A program made the translations under genes and the position numbers. A stretch of 64,000 nt of DNA from an uncultured Myxococcales bacterium (GTDB taxonomy: Bacteria > Myxococcota > Kuafuiibacteriia > Kuafuiibacteriales > Kuafuiibacteriaceae): positions 17,927-81,926 of the forward strand of contig CAYYOT010000012.1 in NCBI GenBank assembly GCA_964473255.1, given 5' to 3'. The notes under the pieces are model-generated. The model was not told the DNA's origin. It made no database searches and saw nothing but the letters and a program-made list of their open reading frames with translations. Of this stretch, positions 8,456-18,377 are shown in pieces (the stretch's first letter is position 1; every line of letters starts with the position of its first letter).

Positions 8456-9991
8456 GTGTGGGCCGGCGTTCTCCTGCTGGAGTACCTGACGGTATCGTTC
8501 CTTTTCGATGCCCAGCCCCTCCGCGACGCGGCGCACGGCTGGTTTGGATACACCGGCGCGCTCGGCCCAGCCCTGGTCGCCGTCGGGGCCGGAGCTCTGG
8601 TCGTCGGCGCCGGCCCGGACCGTCGCGGGTTGGCCCTGCCCCGTGCGCCGCGGCGTCAGGCTCTGATCGCGGCGATGTGTCAGGTCTCCGCTTTCGCGAT
8701 CCTCGTCGCGGCAACCGCCGCCGTCGTCGCCGACATGACCGGGCCGGTCCTCATCGTGTGGCTCGGGGCGCTCTTGGCCGTGCTGGGCGCGACGTTTGCG
8801 GCGGTCGTCGATCTCCGCACCGGAACCGCATTCGATGGGCAGCTCGCCCGGACCGTCGGCCTCGCCGCCGCCGTCGGCATCTCCGCCTACGTCGCCGGGC
8901 AGGCGGCAACCCAGCTATGGGAGTTCCTCGCCGCCATCTCGCTGCGAGGCGCGGCGCTGTTGCTCCTACCCTTCGGTGATCTTCGGGTCGTCATACCGGA
9001 GGAGCGCCTCCTGGGCCTCGGCAACTATCTGGTGGAAGTCACGTCGGTCTGCTCCGGCGTCGAGGGTATCGGGCTCATCGTGGTCCTCGTCGGCGCCGAC
9101 CTCTGGCTCCATCGGCGACGCATCCCGCGCGCCAAGGCGTTTGTCGTGCTCGGTCTCGCCGTCGTATTCGTGCTCTTCGCCAACGTGGTGCGCATCGCCC
9201 TCTTGGTCTTCGTCGGGGCGGCCGTCTCGCCCGGGATCGCGCAGGGCGGATTTCATTCCAAGGCGGGATGGGTCCTTTACTCGCTGGTGGCCTTGGGCTT
9301 CGTCGCCGTGAACCATCGCCGACTCTATAGCCCCGAGGTCCGACCCGAGCCGTCCTCCTCGCCCGCCGCCCCGTACCTGGTTCCGGTCGTGGTCGTCGCC
9401 GCAGCCAACCTGGTGTCCAGCCTGTTCACCGTCGACTTTCCCAGCAGCTATCCGCTCACCGCGCTCGCCGGAGGAGTCGCCATCGTCTGGGCTTACAAGC
9501 ACTGGCCGGAGACCCTCCGCGCTCCGAACTGGTCATGGGCTTTCGCGGTCGGGCTCGTTGCCTACGCGCTCTGGCTCTTCCTCCTCCCCGAGCCTGAACT
9601 GGCGCGTACGCAGGCTCGAGTGGACAGCATGTGGGCGGGAGGCCCTTGGTTTTGGGCGCCCTGGATCTTCGCTCGGATCGCCGGATCCGTGCTCGTGGCT
9701 CCCGTGGTCGAAGAACTGGCTTTCCGTGGCTTCCTCCTCCGCTGGGTCGCAGATGCGGACTTCAGCTCGGTGCCCTACGACCGCTTCGTTCCGGCCGGCA
9801 TCCTCGTTTCGTCGGTTGCGTTCGGGCTCCTTCACTCGGCGGCCCTCGCCGGCGTCGCCGTGGGCATCCTGTACGCAGCCGCGCAGCTGGTCAGTGGACG
9901 ACTCGAGACTGCAGTCGTCGCTCATGCGGTGACGAACGCCTGTCTGGTCGTGCACGTGTTGGCCGGCGGAGCCTGGTGGCTCTGGCTGTGA
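8456..9991 (+). CDS. exosortase fused to CPBP/CAAX-type intramembrane protease (XrtE-like, VPEID-CTERM system)
   Basis: Polytopic N-terminal half carries the exosortase Cys (VTSVCSGVEGIG) and Arg (NVVRIALL). The C-terminal half carries the CPBP motifs EELAFRG, FGLLH and HAVTN. Confidence 0.7.
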   Translation: MWAGVLLLEYLTVSFLFDAQPLRDAAHGWFGYTGALGPALVAVGAGALVVGAGPDRRGLALPRAPRRQALIAAMCQVSAFAILVAATAAVVADMTGPVLIVWLGALLAVLGATFAAVVDLRTGTAFDGQLARTVGLAAAVGISAYVAGQAATQLWEFLAAISLRGAALLLLPFGDLRVVIPEERLLGLGNYLVEVTSVCSGVEGIGLIVVLVGADLWLHRRRIPRAKAFVVLGLAVVFVLFANVVRIALLVFVGAAVSPGIAQGGFHSKAGWVLYSLVALGFVAVNHRRLYSPEVRPEPSSSPAAPYLVPVVVVAAANLVSSLFTVDFPSSYPLTALAGGVAIVWAYKHWPETLRAPNWSWAFAVGLVAYALWLFLLPEPELARTQARVDSMWAGGPWFWAPWIFARIAGSVLVAPVVEELAFRGFLLRWVADADFSSVPYDRFVPAGILVSSVAFGLLHSAALAGVAVGILYAAAQLVSGRLETAVVAHAVTNACLVVHVLAGGAWWLWL

Positions 9992-9998
9992 GCTCGTC

Positions 9999-10787
9999 TC
10001 AGAAGATACAAAAAGCCTCGGCCGGTCCGCAGCACACCTCCCGGTCCTCGTCGCTCGCGTTGATGCACTGAGACCCTTGAATCCGGCAGAGCGGCTGCTG
10101 GACGATATCGCACACCGCGCAGTTGCAGGGCACGACCACCAAGGGGTCACAGGCCCGTCGAGCCGTCGTACAGCACGCCGAATCCGGACCGTCGGCGCAC
10201 TCCTGGGCGTCGAGCTGGCATGCACCCACCCGGTCCACGGCGCCGCACCGCTCTTCGCACGCGCAGGGATCGGGCTCGGCCCGAAGGCAGGCCAGCGAGG
10301 CCAACAGCACGCGTCGAGTACAGGTGAGATCGTTGCACTGGCGGTCCGCCTGGCAATCGGCAGCATCGGCCGCTAGCTCTTGGCAGCGTGGGTTGTCCCC
10401 GGTGAAGTCGCTGCAGTCCTGCCTGCAGTTTTCGAGCTCGCCCTCTTCCAGCTCTTCGCACTCCACGCGGATTTCGCAGGCTTCCTCGCACACCTCGACC
10501 ACGGTGGGTGGTGGAGAGGCATCGGCAACCATCGCGTCGCGACGAGTCTGGGCATCGGGAAAGGAAGTGGCATCGGGACGACCCGCATCCACACCCCGGG
10601 CGTCGGGTCGATCGATCGACGCATCGGGTGTCGCGCGGGCGTCGGAGCTCTCGGCGTCGACTCGAGCGGCATCGGTGCGGCCAGCGCCGCCGTCGTCCGA
10701 GTCGCTGCAGGCCGACGCGACCAGGGCCAGAGTGACGAGAGGGAAAAGTGCGCGAGTCACGGACCGGTGATACCACGCAAGCTTCAC
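9999..10787 (-). CDS. cysteine-rich secreted lipoprotein
   Basis: Lipobox LVASAC. D/A/P-rich linker followed by more than 30 Cys in CxxC/CxC patterns. Confidence 0.45.
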   Translation of the reverse strand: MKLAWYHRSVTRALFPLVTLALVASACSDSDDGGAGRTDAARVDAESSDARATPDASIDRPDARGVDAGRPDATSFPDAQTRRDAMVADASPPPTVVEVCEEACEIRVECEELEEGELENCRQDCSDFTGDNPRCQELAADAADCQADRQCNDLTCTRRVLLASLACLRAEPDPCACEERCGAVDRVGACQLDAQECADGPDSACCTTARRACDPLVVVPCNCAVCDIVQQPLCRIQGSQCINASDEDREVCCGPAEAFCIF

Positions 10788-10793
10788 CGGGCC

Positions 10794-13700
10794 TCAAAAG
10801 AAGTTCCGTGAGACCGCACCGGGGGTGGGACCGGCCAGCGGCTCGAAGCGATCGACGATGACGTTGCTGACCTGGTGCCGTCGCTCGAGCTTACCGACCG
10901 CAGCCAGCAGCACGGCATCCCGGACCCACGAACGGTGCCGTTCCCACACGTGGGAAAAGACCACCAGGTTCATCTGTCCGTCTTCATCCTCGAGCGTCAT
11001 GAATATGACGCCTTTCGCCGTTCCCGGTCGCTGGCGGACGGTCACCAAGCCCCCCACCTTCACCCGGCGACCGGGAGTCGTCGCTTCGACTTGGCGGTAG
11101 CCCATGATCCCCTGGCGCTTCAGGTCTTCACGAAGAAGCGCAACCGGATGAACCCGGGTCGACAGTCCGAGCGATCGAAAGTCTGCCTGCATCTCCTCCA
11201 CCGGGTCCATCGTCGACAGCCCACGCGCTGGAAGAGGGGTGGATACGGTTCGTAGGAGCGGAGCGCCGCGATCGAAACCCAACACCTGCCAAAGCGCCTG
11301 TCGGCGGTCGCAGCCCAGACCGGAAAACGCATCGGCGGCGGCGAGCTGGACCGCGGCATCCAGCGGCACATCGGCTCGGTGAAGAACGTCGGTGACGCTC
11401 TCGAACGGTCTCTCGGTTCGCGCCAGGACGATCCGCTTCGCCACCGGCTCGCTGAGCTGACCGACTTGGTCGAGTCCGATGCGGACCGCCGGTTGGACGG
11501 GCCGACCGAAGCTCTTTCGCCCCTCGACATGGTCGGCCCAAGGCGTGTGACGTTTTTCCCGATGGGGACTCTCGTCGTACCAGGGCGGGATACGCTCGTC
11601 GTCCGGCACTTCGAGGGTCGTCTCCGCTTCGCTGTTCACGACGCAGGGGGGGCGCACCTCGAGGCCGTGCCGCCGACCGTCTTCGATCAGAGTGTGCACG
11701 CCGTAGAAGCCCATCGGCTGGCTATTGATGAGCGCGGCGAGAAATGCCGCCGGGTGATAGCGCTTCAGATAGCAGGAGGCGTACCCGATCAGGGCGAAGG
11801 ATGCCGCGTGAGACTCGGGAAAGCCGTACCCGCCAAAGCCCTGGATCATCTTGAAGATTCGCTCGGCAAAGTCCCTCTCCATACCGTTTTCGAGCATTCC
11901 GTCGATGATGCGGTCGCGCATCTTGTCGATGTGGAGCTGTGAGTTCCAGCCGATCGCTCGCCGAAGATGATCGGCTTCGCCTGGAGAAAAGCCCGCCACC
12001 TGTACGGCCACCTTCATGACCTGCTCTTGGAACAGCGGAAGTCCGTAAGTTCGACCCAGGATCTTCTCCAGGTCCGGGTGGGGATAATCGACGGGCTCGG
12101 TGCCTTCCCGTCGCCGCAGGTATGGATGCACCATGTCACCCTGGATCGGCCCGGGCCGAATGATGGCCACCGCTACCACGAGATCATAGAACGTTCGCGG
12201 GCGCAGCCGCGGGAGGGTCTGCATCTGGGCGCGGGACTCGACCTGAAACGTCCCCACGGTGTCGGCGTCGCCGATCATTTCGTACACCGCCGGCACTTCC
12301 GCGGGTACGGTCGCCAGCGATAGGTCTCGTCCTTCCGTCTGGCGAATCGCGTCGAACGCCCGGCGCACGACGGAAAGCATTCCCAAGGCGAGAAGGTCGA
12401 CCTTGACCAGCCCCAGCGTCTCCACGTCGCGCTTGTCCCAAGCGATGACCGTCCGATGCTCCATCGTTGCGTTCTCGACGGGGAGCAGCTCGACGATCGG
12501 ATCCTTGGTGATGACGAATCCACCCGAGTGTAGCCCGAGATGACGAGGAAAGCCGCGAAGCTCTTCGGCCCAGCGAACCAGAAGACGCACGCGGGCATCG
12601 CGAGGGTCCATCCCGGCTTGGCGAACTTCCTCGTCGGTCATGTCCGGTGCCGACCAGTGGCCACGGCCGTCCGTGATACGGTCGATCTGGTCTTCGCCCA
12701 GCCCCAAGACCTTGCCCACTTCGCGGTACGCGAGCTTGCTCCGATAGCAGATGACGTTGGCGACCATCGCCGCCCGGTCCCGGCCATACTTTTCGAACAC
12801 GTACTGCATGACTTCCTCTCGGCGCTGATGCTCGAAGTCGACGTCGATGTCCGGCGGCTCGCCTCGCTCCGCGGAGATGAAGCGCTCGAAGAGCAGGTTC
12901 ATGCGCACGGGATCGATGGCCGTGATCCCCAAGCAAAAGCAGACGATGGAGTTGGCGGCCGAACCGCGGCCCTGGCAAAGAATCCCGCGCGAACGCGCGA
13001 AGCGCACGACATCCCAAACGGTGAGAAAATAGCCCTCGAAGCCGAGGTCTTCGATCAGCTTCATCTCGTGGTCGATCTGGTCCTCGACCTCACGCGGAAT
13101 GCCCCGAGGATAGCGCTCCTGCGCGCCCTTTCGGACCAGCTTCCACAGATAGCCGAGCCCGGTTTCGCCTTCGGGCAGCACTTCCAGGGTGAAGTCGTGG
13201 ACCAGCTCGTCCAGGCGGAATCGGCAGGCATCGGCGAGCTCGACCGTCCGGGCAACGGCAGCGGCGTGCTCGGGGATCAGCCGGTACATCTCTTCGGCGC
13301 TGCGAAGGTAACCCATGCCGTGGGGCAACAGGTGTCGTCCCGCTTCGTCGAGCCGTTTCCCCACCCGGACGCCCGTCAAGATATCCTGCAGCGGCTTTCG
13401 CTCCCGCGCATGCATGACCACGCCGCCGGTGGCGACCACGGGGATTCCAAAACGCTGGGCGGCCGCCGTCACCTCCGCGATGCGCTCCGGGTCGTCGGGC
13501 CGAAACGCCCGCTCCACCGAGAGATGAAGCCGGTCGCCGAACAGGTCGCGTTCGCGGGCGAGCGAAAGATGGTCCGGCGGACCGACGTGGATGGCGAAGA
13601 GCCCGGCGGCCTGCGCGGCGACGTCGTCGAACGAGAGCTCGAACCCGCCTTTGCCGGTCTTCAGGCGGGCTTCACTCAAGAGCCGACAGAGTCGGCCGTA

Positions 13701-13979
13701 GCTGGCGCGATCCGAGGGCAGAAGAACCAGCCCCGGACCGGTCGTGGAAACACCGGTCAGGCGGACTTCGGTGCCGACCAGGATCTGAACGCCGTGCTCT
13801 TTACCCGCGTTGAAAGCACGGACCACGCCGTACAGGCCGGCATGGTCGGTGATGGCCAGCCGGTCGTGGCCGAGGCGCGCCGCGGTGGCGACCAGCTCTT
13901 CCGGATGGGACGCCCCCCGCAGGAACGAGAAGTTCGACGCGCACCGCAGCTCGACGTATCCGGCCACCGGAGAGAACAA
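10794..13979 (-). CDS. dnaE2: error-prone DNA polymerase DnaE2 (ImuC)
   Basis: 1061 aa. N-terminal YVELRCASNFSFLRGAS PHP signature typical of DnaE2. Pol III alpha core. TTG start in the track. Confidence 0.85.
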   Translation of the reverse strand: MFSPVAGYVELRCASNFSFLRGASHPEELVATAARLGHDRLAITDHAGLYGVVRAFNAGKEHGVQILVGTEVRLTGVSTTGPGLVLLPSDRASYGRLCRLLSEARLKTGKGGFELSFDDVAAQAAGLFAIHVGPPDHLSLARERDLFGDRLHLSVERAFRPDDPERIAEVTAAAQRFGIPVVATGGVVMHARERKPLQDILTGVRVGKRLDEAGRHLLPHGMGYLRSAEEMYRLIPEHAAAVARTVELADACRFRLDELVHDFTLEVLPEGETGLGYLWKLVRKGAQERYPRGIPREVEDQIDHEMKLIEDLGFEGYFLTVWDVVRFARSRGILCQGRGSAANSIVCFCLGITAIDPVRMNLLFERFISAERGEPPDIDVDFEHQRREEVMQYVFEKYGRDRAAMVANVICYRSKLAYREVGKVLGLGEDQIDRITDGRGHWSAPDMTDEEVRQAGMDPRDARVRLLVRWAEELRGFPRHLGLHSGGFVITKDPIVELLPVENATMEHRTVIAWDKRDVETLGLVKVDLLALGMLSVVRRAFDAIRQTEGRDLSLATVPAEVPAVYEMIGDADTVGTFQVESRAQMQTLPRLRPRTFYDLVVAVAIIRPGPIQGDMVHPYLRRREGTEPVDYPHPDLEKILGRTYGLPLFQEQVMKVAVQVAGFSPGEADHLRRAIGWNSQLHIDKMRDRIIDGMLENGMERDFAERIFKMIQGFGGYGFPESHAASFALIGYASCYLKRYHPAAFLAALINSQPMGFYGVHTLIEDGRRHGLEVRPPCVVNSEAETTLEVPDDERIPPWYDESPHREKRHTPWADHVEGRKSFGRPVQPAVRIGLDQVGQLSEPVAKRIVLARTERPFESVTDVLHRADVPLDAAVQLAAADAFSGLGCDRRQALWQVLGFDRGAPLLRTVSTPLPARGLSTMDPVEEMQADFRSLGLSTRVHPVALLREDLKRQGIMGYRQVEATTPGRRVKVGGLVTVRQRPGTAKGVIFMTLEDEDGQMNLVVFSHVWERHRSWVRDAVLLAAVGKLERRHQVSNVIVDRFEPLAGPTPGAVSRNFF

Positions 13980-13996
13980 CAGAACACTTGTTCAGC
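13980..13996. promoter_or_regulatory. putative LexA operator (Myxococcus-type box) abutting the dnaE2 start
   Basis: CAGAACACTTGTTCAGC matches the recalled consensus CTRHAMRYBYGTTCAGS at 16 of 17 positions. Confidence 0.45.
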
Positions 13997-14137
13997 TCAA
14001 TCAAGCCCGAAACGGGGAACCCGGGGCGTGCGAGGTTTCTGCGGCTCCGCCCCGTCCACCCGCGCCCTCCGCCCTCCGGTCTTTCCGCGCCCTCCGGTCT
14101 TTCCGCGGCCCCGACCGGGGCGAGCCCCGACAGCTCA

Positions 14138-14902
14138 TCAGCATCCGGCTTGAGTGTCGGGGACCTCGGTCGTCACGAATGCTTCGCGCACGAAGGTCGT
14201 GCCGCCGGGGACCGGGACCTCGACGCGATATCGGTCGACCTGGTCGGCGATGTCGGAGGGACGCGTGGTCTGACCGACGCGGGCGCGATTGATGATCAGC
14301 TGGACCGCCCCACCGTCGATCGTCACTTCGCCCGGCACGCCGAAGTCGAAAGCGAAGACCAGTGAATCGGGGAGGGCGAGCTCGGTCCCGGCGACATCGA
14401 GCATGACCAGCCGCGTGCCGAGCTCCAGCTGCCGCTGCTCCTCTGAAGTGAGGTTCGTGACCTCGGGCGTCACCAGACGAAACCCAGACCAAATGTGGCC
14501 GATGCCGTCCTCCTGGGAACCACACTCCCAGAGCAAAAGGTCACCTTGGCGGACGTCGGATTGCTCCTTCAGACGCTGCGGGTCGGGATTCATGGCCGAT
14601 GTGATCGTGAGCTCCGGGTCACCGCTCGGCGGGTCGCCCGGCGTGTACCGTCCGGCGTCTTCCACCATGGCGTCACCGGACGCGTCGGCGCCCCCGTCAT
14701 CCCTCCCAGCGTCGGGCTCGCCCGCGTCGATAAGACCCGCCTCGGCCCGGGCGTCGGGACGGTCGACCGCCGCGTCAGGGCGTACGTCCGGACCCGACGT
14801 GGCGTCATCCGACGCGCGTGCGTCGGCCGCTCCCGACGAGCCATCGTCGTCGGAGCACGCGAACAGCGCGAGGATGAATACCGCAGGTAAGCACCGTTGC
14901 AT
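14138..14902 (-). CDS. secreted lipoprotein with D/A/P-rich linker
   Basis: Lipobox LALFAC after the second Met. Low-complexity PDA-rich N-terminal region. Confidence 0.4.
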   Translation of the reverse strand: MQRCLPAVFILALFACSDDDGSSGAADARASDDATSGPDVRPDAAVDRPDARAEAGLIDAGEPDAGRDDGGADASGDAMVEDAGRYTPGDPPSGDPELTITSAMNPDPQRLKEQSDVRQGDLLLWECGSQEDGIGHIWSGFRLVTPEVTNLTSEEQRQLELGTRLVMLDVAGTELALPDSLVFAFDFGVPGEVTIDGGAVQLIINRARVGQTTRPSDIADQVDRYRVEVPVPGGTTFVREAFVTTEVPDTQAGC

Positions 14903-14958
14903 GGAGGACCGAGGATGGGCGAAACCGGCGAAGCGGGCAAGCATCGTGCATTTTACCG

Positions 14959-17712
14959 ATGCCGGAGCGCGTTCGGTTTAACCGAGTCGAGCTCCCGTCT
15001 GGTAGATCCTACGGGTCGATGCGGGCATCGGGAATTCTGTTCGGCGGGCTGTTGGCCCTGACCGCTGCTGCCTGCAGCGAATCCTCGGGCGGCGGGCTTC
15101 CTTCCGACTGCCGGGGCGCCGCCGACGGAACCACCTGCGACGACGGCAGCATCTGCACCACGGCCAGCGAGTGCCAGGGCGGCGAGTGCGTGGGCACCGC
15201 CGAGGTCGGATGCATCACTTCAGATCCATGCCTGGTCGCGTTCTGTGAGGACGGCGCCTGCGCCACCGCTCCTGCCCCGGACGGCGCCCTTTGCGCGGAC
15301 GCGAATCCCGAAACCTGCGAGCCCGCAGGACTGTGCCGAGCCGGTGTGTGCGAACGTCCGGCGCTCGACTGTCCGGACGTCGCGGGGTGCCAGGTTCGCA
15401 CCTGGTCCGGAGAAGACTGGGCGCTCGCCGCGGTCGACGACGGCACCATCTGCGAGGACGGTGACCCCTGCACCGATGGCGATACCTGCTTCGACGGGCT
15501 CTGCCAGGCGGGCGATCCCACGGTCTGCACCGCAAGCGGGCCCTGTACCCGAGCGCTGTGCGATCCGGAGACTGGCTGCGTCGAGGAAAGCGTGCGGGAC
15601 GGCACCCCCTGCGAAGACTCCGACCTCTGCACGCTGGAAACCGTCTGCTCGGGGGGCGCGTGCGTGGCCACCCGTGAGGTCGAGTGCCTGACGGGTTCCT
15701 GCATCGAAAGCTCGGCCTGCGTTCCCGAGACCGGGCGCTGCGAGTTCGCGTTCGTGGCCGACGATACCCCGTGCGACGACCGCGACATCTGCACCGAGGG
15801 CGACCACTGCATGTCCGGCAACTGCTCGCCGAGGGTCGAGCTGCCGTTCGACGCAAAGCCGTGCACCGAGGGCATTTGCTTTCAGGAGGTGGCGGCCGCG
15901 GCGGGTCTGGACTTTCGAGGCCGCCCCCCGATCGTGAATGCCCATGGGGCGGCCGTCGCTCTCTTCGACATGGACGGCGATGGCGACCTCGACATCGCGG
16001 CCGCCACCGAGACCACGCCCATCCAGCTCTACGAAAACCGCGGACAGCTTCGCTTCGAGAACGTGACCGAGGGCTCGGGTCTCGACGGCGTGGTCCAGTC
16101 GGCGTCGGCGCGCCTGTTCGCCATCGCAGTGGGCGACATCGACAACGACGGAGACTCCGACCTCTACCTGGGGATGCAGGACGTCGAGGACTACCTGTTC
16201 GAAAACGAGGGCAACGGTACCTTCACCGACGTCACCGCCGAGAGCGGGCTGGCCGGAACCCTCGACACCAACGGCGCCGACTTCGGTGACTTCGACAACG
16301 ACGGCGACCTGGACCTCATCGTGGGCAACTACATCAAGATCTCGCGTTTTCCGAACCACGTCCCCGAGCCCAATCAGCTGTACATGAACCTCGGTGACGG
16401 ACGCTTCGAGGATGTGACCACAAAGGCGCGGGTGGGCGGGGGCGACATCGGCGGCGAGGGCACCACGCTGATCGTGCGCTGGTCGGACTACGACCGCGAC
16501 GGCGACCTCGACTTGTTCGAGTGCAACGACTTCGGGGCCAACGTGGGCAAGAGCCGCCTCTACCAGAACACGGGAAAGGAGAGCCTCGGCGAGCGCTTCA
16601 TCGACGTCTCGGAAGCCATGAATATGGACCTCGAGATCTACTGCATGTCGGTCACGACCGGCGACCACGACCGCGACGGCGACATCGACTACTACTTCAC
16701 CAACATCGGCCGCCACCAGATGTTCGAGAACCGCGCCCCGGCGCCGTTCGTCGAGGTCACGGATGCGATCACGTCGCTTCAGTACGACCAGTGCCGGGTG
16801 GATGAGCTCGCCGCCGGCTGGTCGGCGCTATGGGTCGACCTCGACCAGGACGGATGGCTGGATCTCTTCTCAGCCAACGGCCACGTGAACGCCTCCGACG
16901 AGTTCGTCAATAGCGAGGTGGTCCGGAACTCGGTGCTGAAACACGACGGGCCTTCGCTGACGTACACCGACATCACCCGGAGCACGCGGGCCGGCACGCA
17001 AAATCAGTCCCGCGGTGCGGCGGCCGGCGACCTCGACGGGGACGGTGACCTCGACATCGTCGTGGGCAACATGATCGGCCCGCTGGAGCTCTTCGAGAAC
17101 GTCTCGCCCGACCCGGGAGGCTACATGGTCGTGGACGTCAGGGGGACCTCATCCAATCGAGACGGATACCACGCCTTCATCGAAGTCTTCTTCGAGGACG
17201 GGACCCGGATGTCCCACGAGGTCGACCCCCACGTGGGCTACCAAGGTGTCTCCCAAAAGGCCGCCCACTTCGGTCTCGGTCCCGGCTCGCATCCGGAAGA
17301 CGTCATCGACGAACTCCGCGTCACGTGGCCCGCTACCGGCATCGAGCAGAACCATTACGGATACCTGGGTTGGAACTCCACGCAGACGCTGGTCGAGCCC
17401 AGCGTGACCCTGGACGCCGTGACGGTCTTGGGCGCCTGGTTTGCGGGTCAGACGACGCCGGTGCAGTTCGACGTCACCAATCACGGTGCGACGAACAAAG
17501 AGATTCAGCTGTCGCTCCTCCACTTTAGCGACGACCGGGTGAACGCCGTGGTTCCGCCGGGGAAGACGACGGTGGACCTGGAAGCGACCCTCGAGGAAGG
17601 CAGCGAGGGCACGTGGGAGTTCCTGTTCACCCTGCGGGAGCTCGAAAACGGCAGCAGCCTGGTTGGGGTCGGCGACATGGTTCGACGCGTGGTGACGGTC
17701 ATTGAACCCTAG
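14959..17712 (+). CDS. CRTAC1-family lipoprotein (FG-GAP/VCBS repeats plus ASPIC/UnbV domain) with N-terminal Myxococcus cysteine-rich repeats
   Basis: Lipobox LTAAAC (alternative start 15019). About 8 copies of CxDGxxCTxxxxCxxGxC. Multiple DxDGDGDLD FG-GAP calcium-binding motifs. C-terminal UnbV-like segment. Confidence 0.6.
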   Translation: MPERVRFNRVELPSGRSYGSMRASGILFGGLLALTAAACSESSGGGLPSDCRGAADGTTCDDGSICTTASECQGGECVGTAEVGCITSDPCLVAFCEDGACATAPAPDGALCADANPETCEPAGLCRAGVCERPALDCPDVAGCQVRTWSGEDWALAAVDDGTICEDGDPCTDGDTCFDGLCQAGDPTVCTASGPCTRALCDPETGCVEESVRDGTPCEDSDLCTLETVCSGGACVATREVECLTGSCIESSACVPETGRCEFAFVADDTPCDDRDICTEGDHCMSGNCSPRVELPFDAKPCTEGICFQEVAAAAGLDFRGRPPIVNAHGAAVALFDMDGDGDLDIAAATETTPIQLYENRGQLRFENVTEGSGLDGVVQSASARLFAIAVGDIDNDGDSDLYLGMQDVEDYLFENEGNGTFTDVTAESGLAGTLDTNGADFGDFDNDGDLDLIVGNYIKISRFPNHVPEPNQLYMNLGDGRFEDVTTKARVGGGDIGGEGTTLIVRWSDYDRDGDLDLFECNDFGANVGKSRLYQNTGKESLGERFIDVSEAMNMDLEIYCMSVTTGDHDRDGDIDYYFTNIGRHQMFENRAPAPFVEVTDAITSLQYDQCRVDELAAGWSALWVDLDQDGWLDLFSANGHVNASDEFVNSEVVRNSVLKHDGPSLTYTDITRSTRAGTQNQSRGAAAGDLDGDGDLDIVVGNMIGPLELFENVSPDPGGYMVVDVRGTSSNRDGYHAFIEVFFEDGTRMSHEVDPHVGYQGVSQKAAHFGLGPGSHPEDVIDELRVTWPATGIEQNHYGYLGWNSTQTLVEPSVTLDAVTVLGAWFAGQTTPVQFDVTNHGATNKEIQLSLLHFSDDRVNAVVPPGKTTVDLEATLEEGSEGTWEFLFTLRELENGSSLVGVGDMVRRVVTVIEP

Positions 17713-17756
17713 GACGAACGCCGTCGACGGATGCGTCCGGCATTCCGGCGATCCAC

Positions 17757-18209
17757 TCAGAGCGGCGCTTCGATGAGGAGGCCTGCTGCGAAGACACCGA
17801 GCGCGTCGTCCCGCGATATCTGAAGCGCGGCGTTTTCACGCCCGCGCTCCGGATCGATCCGAACCAGCGCTTCGAGCGCCGCTGCACGGAGCGCCTGCGG
17901 CTCATCGTGCGCAACGACGATGCTCTCGAGAACCGGAATGGCGCCCCGAAATCGGCGCTCTCCCAAAAAGGCTACGGTCAGCTCTCGATACGGCGCCGAA
18001 GGCCAGGCGACGCGCTCCACCATGGCGGCCTCGAGCCCGTGCGGAGGGTGAGCCAAGACACGTCGCGCATCCTCGACGGTGGGCGACGATTCATACAGGG
18101 CGAGGACCTTGAGCGGGGACGGTCCCAGCGAGAAGGCATAGACGATGGCCGCCGCCGGCAACAGAGACGCCAGAGGGATGACCTTTCGCTGTCGGCTCCA
18201 GTCCCGCAT
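17757..18209 (-). CDS. hypothetical membrane-anchored alpha-helical (HEAT-like) protein
   Basis: N-terminal hydrophobic segment and Ala/Leu-rich helical repeats. No recognisable motif. Confidence 0.3.
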   Translation of the reverse strand: MRDWSRQRKVIPLASLLPAAAIVYAFSLGPSPLKVLALYESSPTVEDARRVLAHPPHGLEAAMVERVAWPSAPYRELTVAFLGERRFRGAIPVLESIVVAHDEPQALRAAALEALVRIDPERGRENAALQISRDDALGVFAAGLLIEAPL

Positions 18210-18377
18210 TCGGCCTGTAGGTGTTACGGCAACCAGGGTAGGACGGCAAGTTCCATGTCACACTCGTCAGCGTTCGTACGACGGTGTGCGCAACTGAACG
18301 TGCATTCCGGTCCTTGATGGCGGACACGATCCGCGGGGGGAGGACCCATCCGCCGAGGAACAGGCTAGATCCGACCC

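Noticed and set aside
12540-14153. 537-aa plus-strand ORF
   Set aside because: It is antisense to dnaE2, which has strong homology. It is a shadow ORF.
15220-16716. 498-aa minus-strand ORF
   Set aside because: It is antisense to the CRTAC1-like gene, which has clear FG-GAP motifs.
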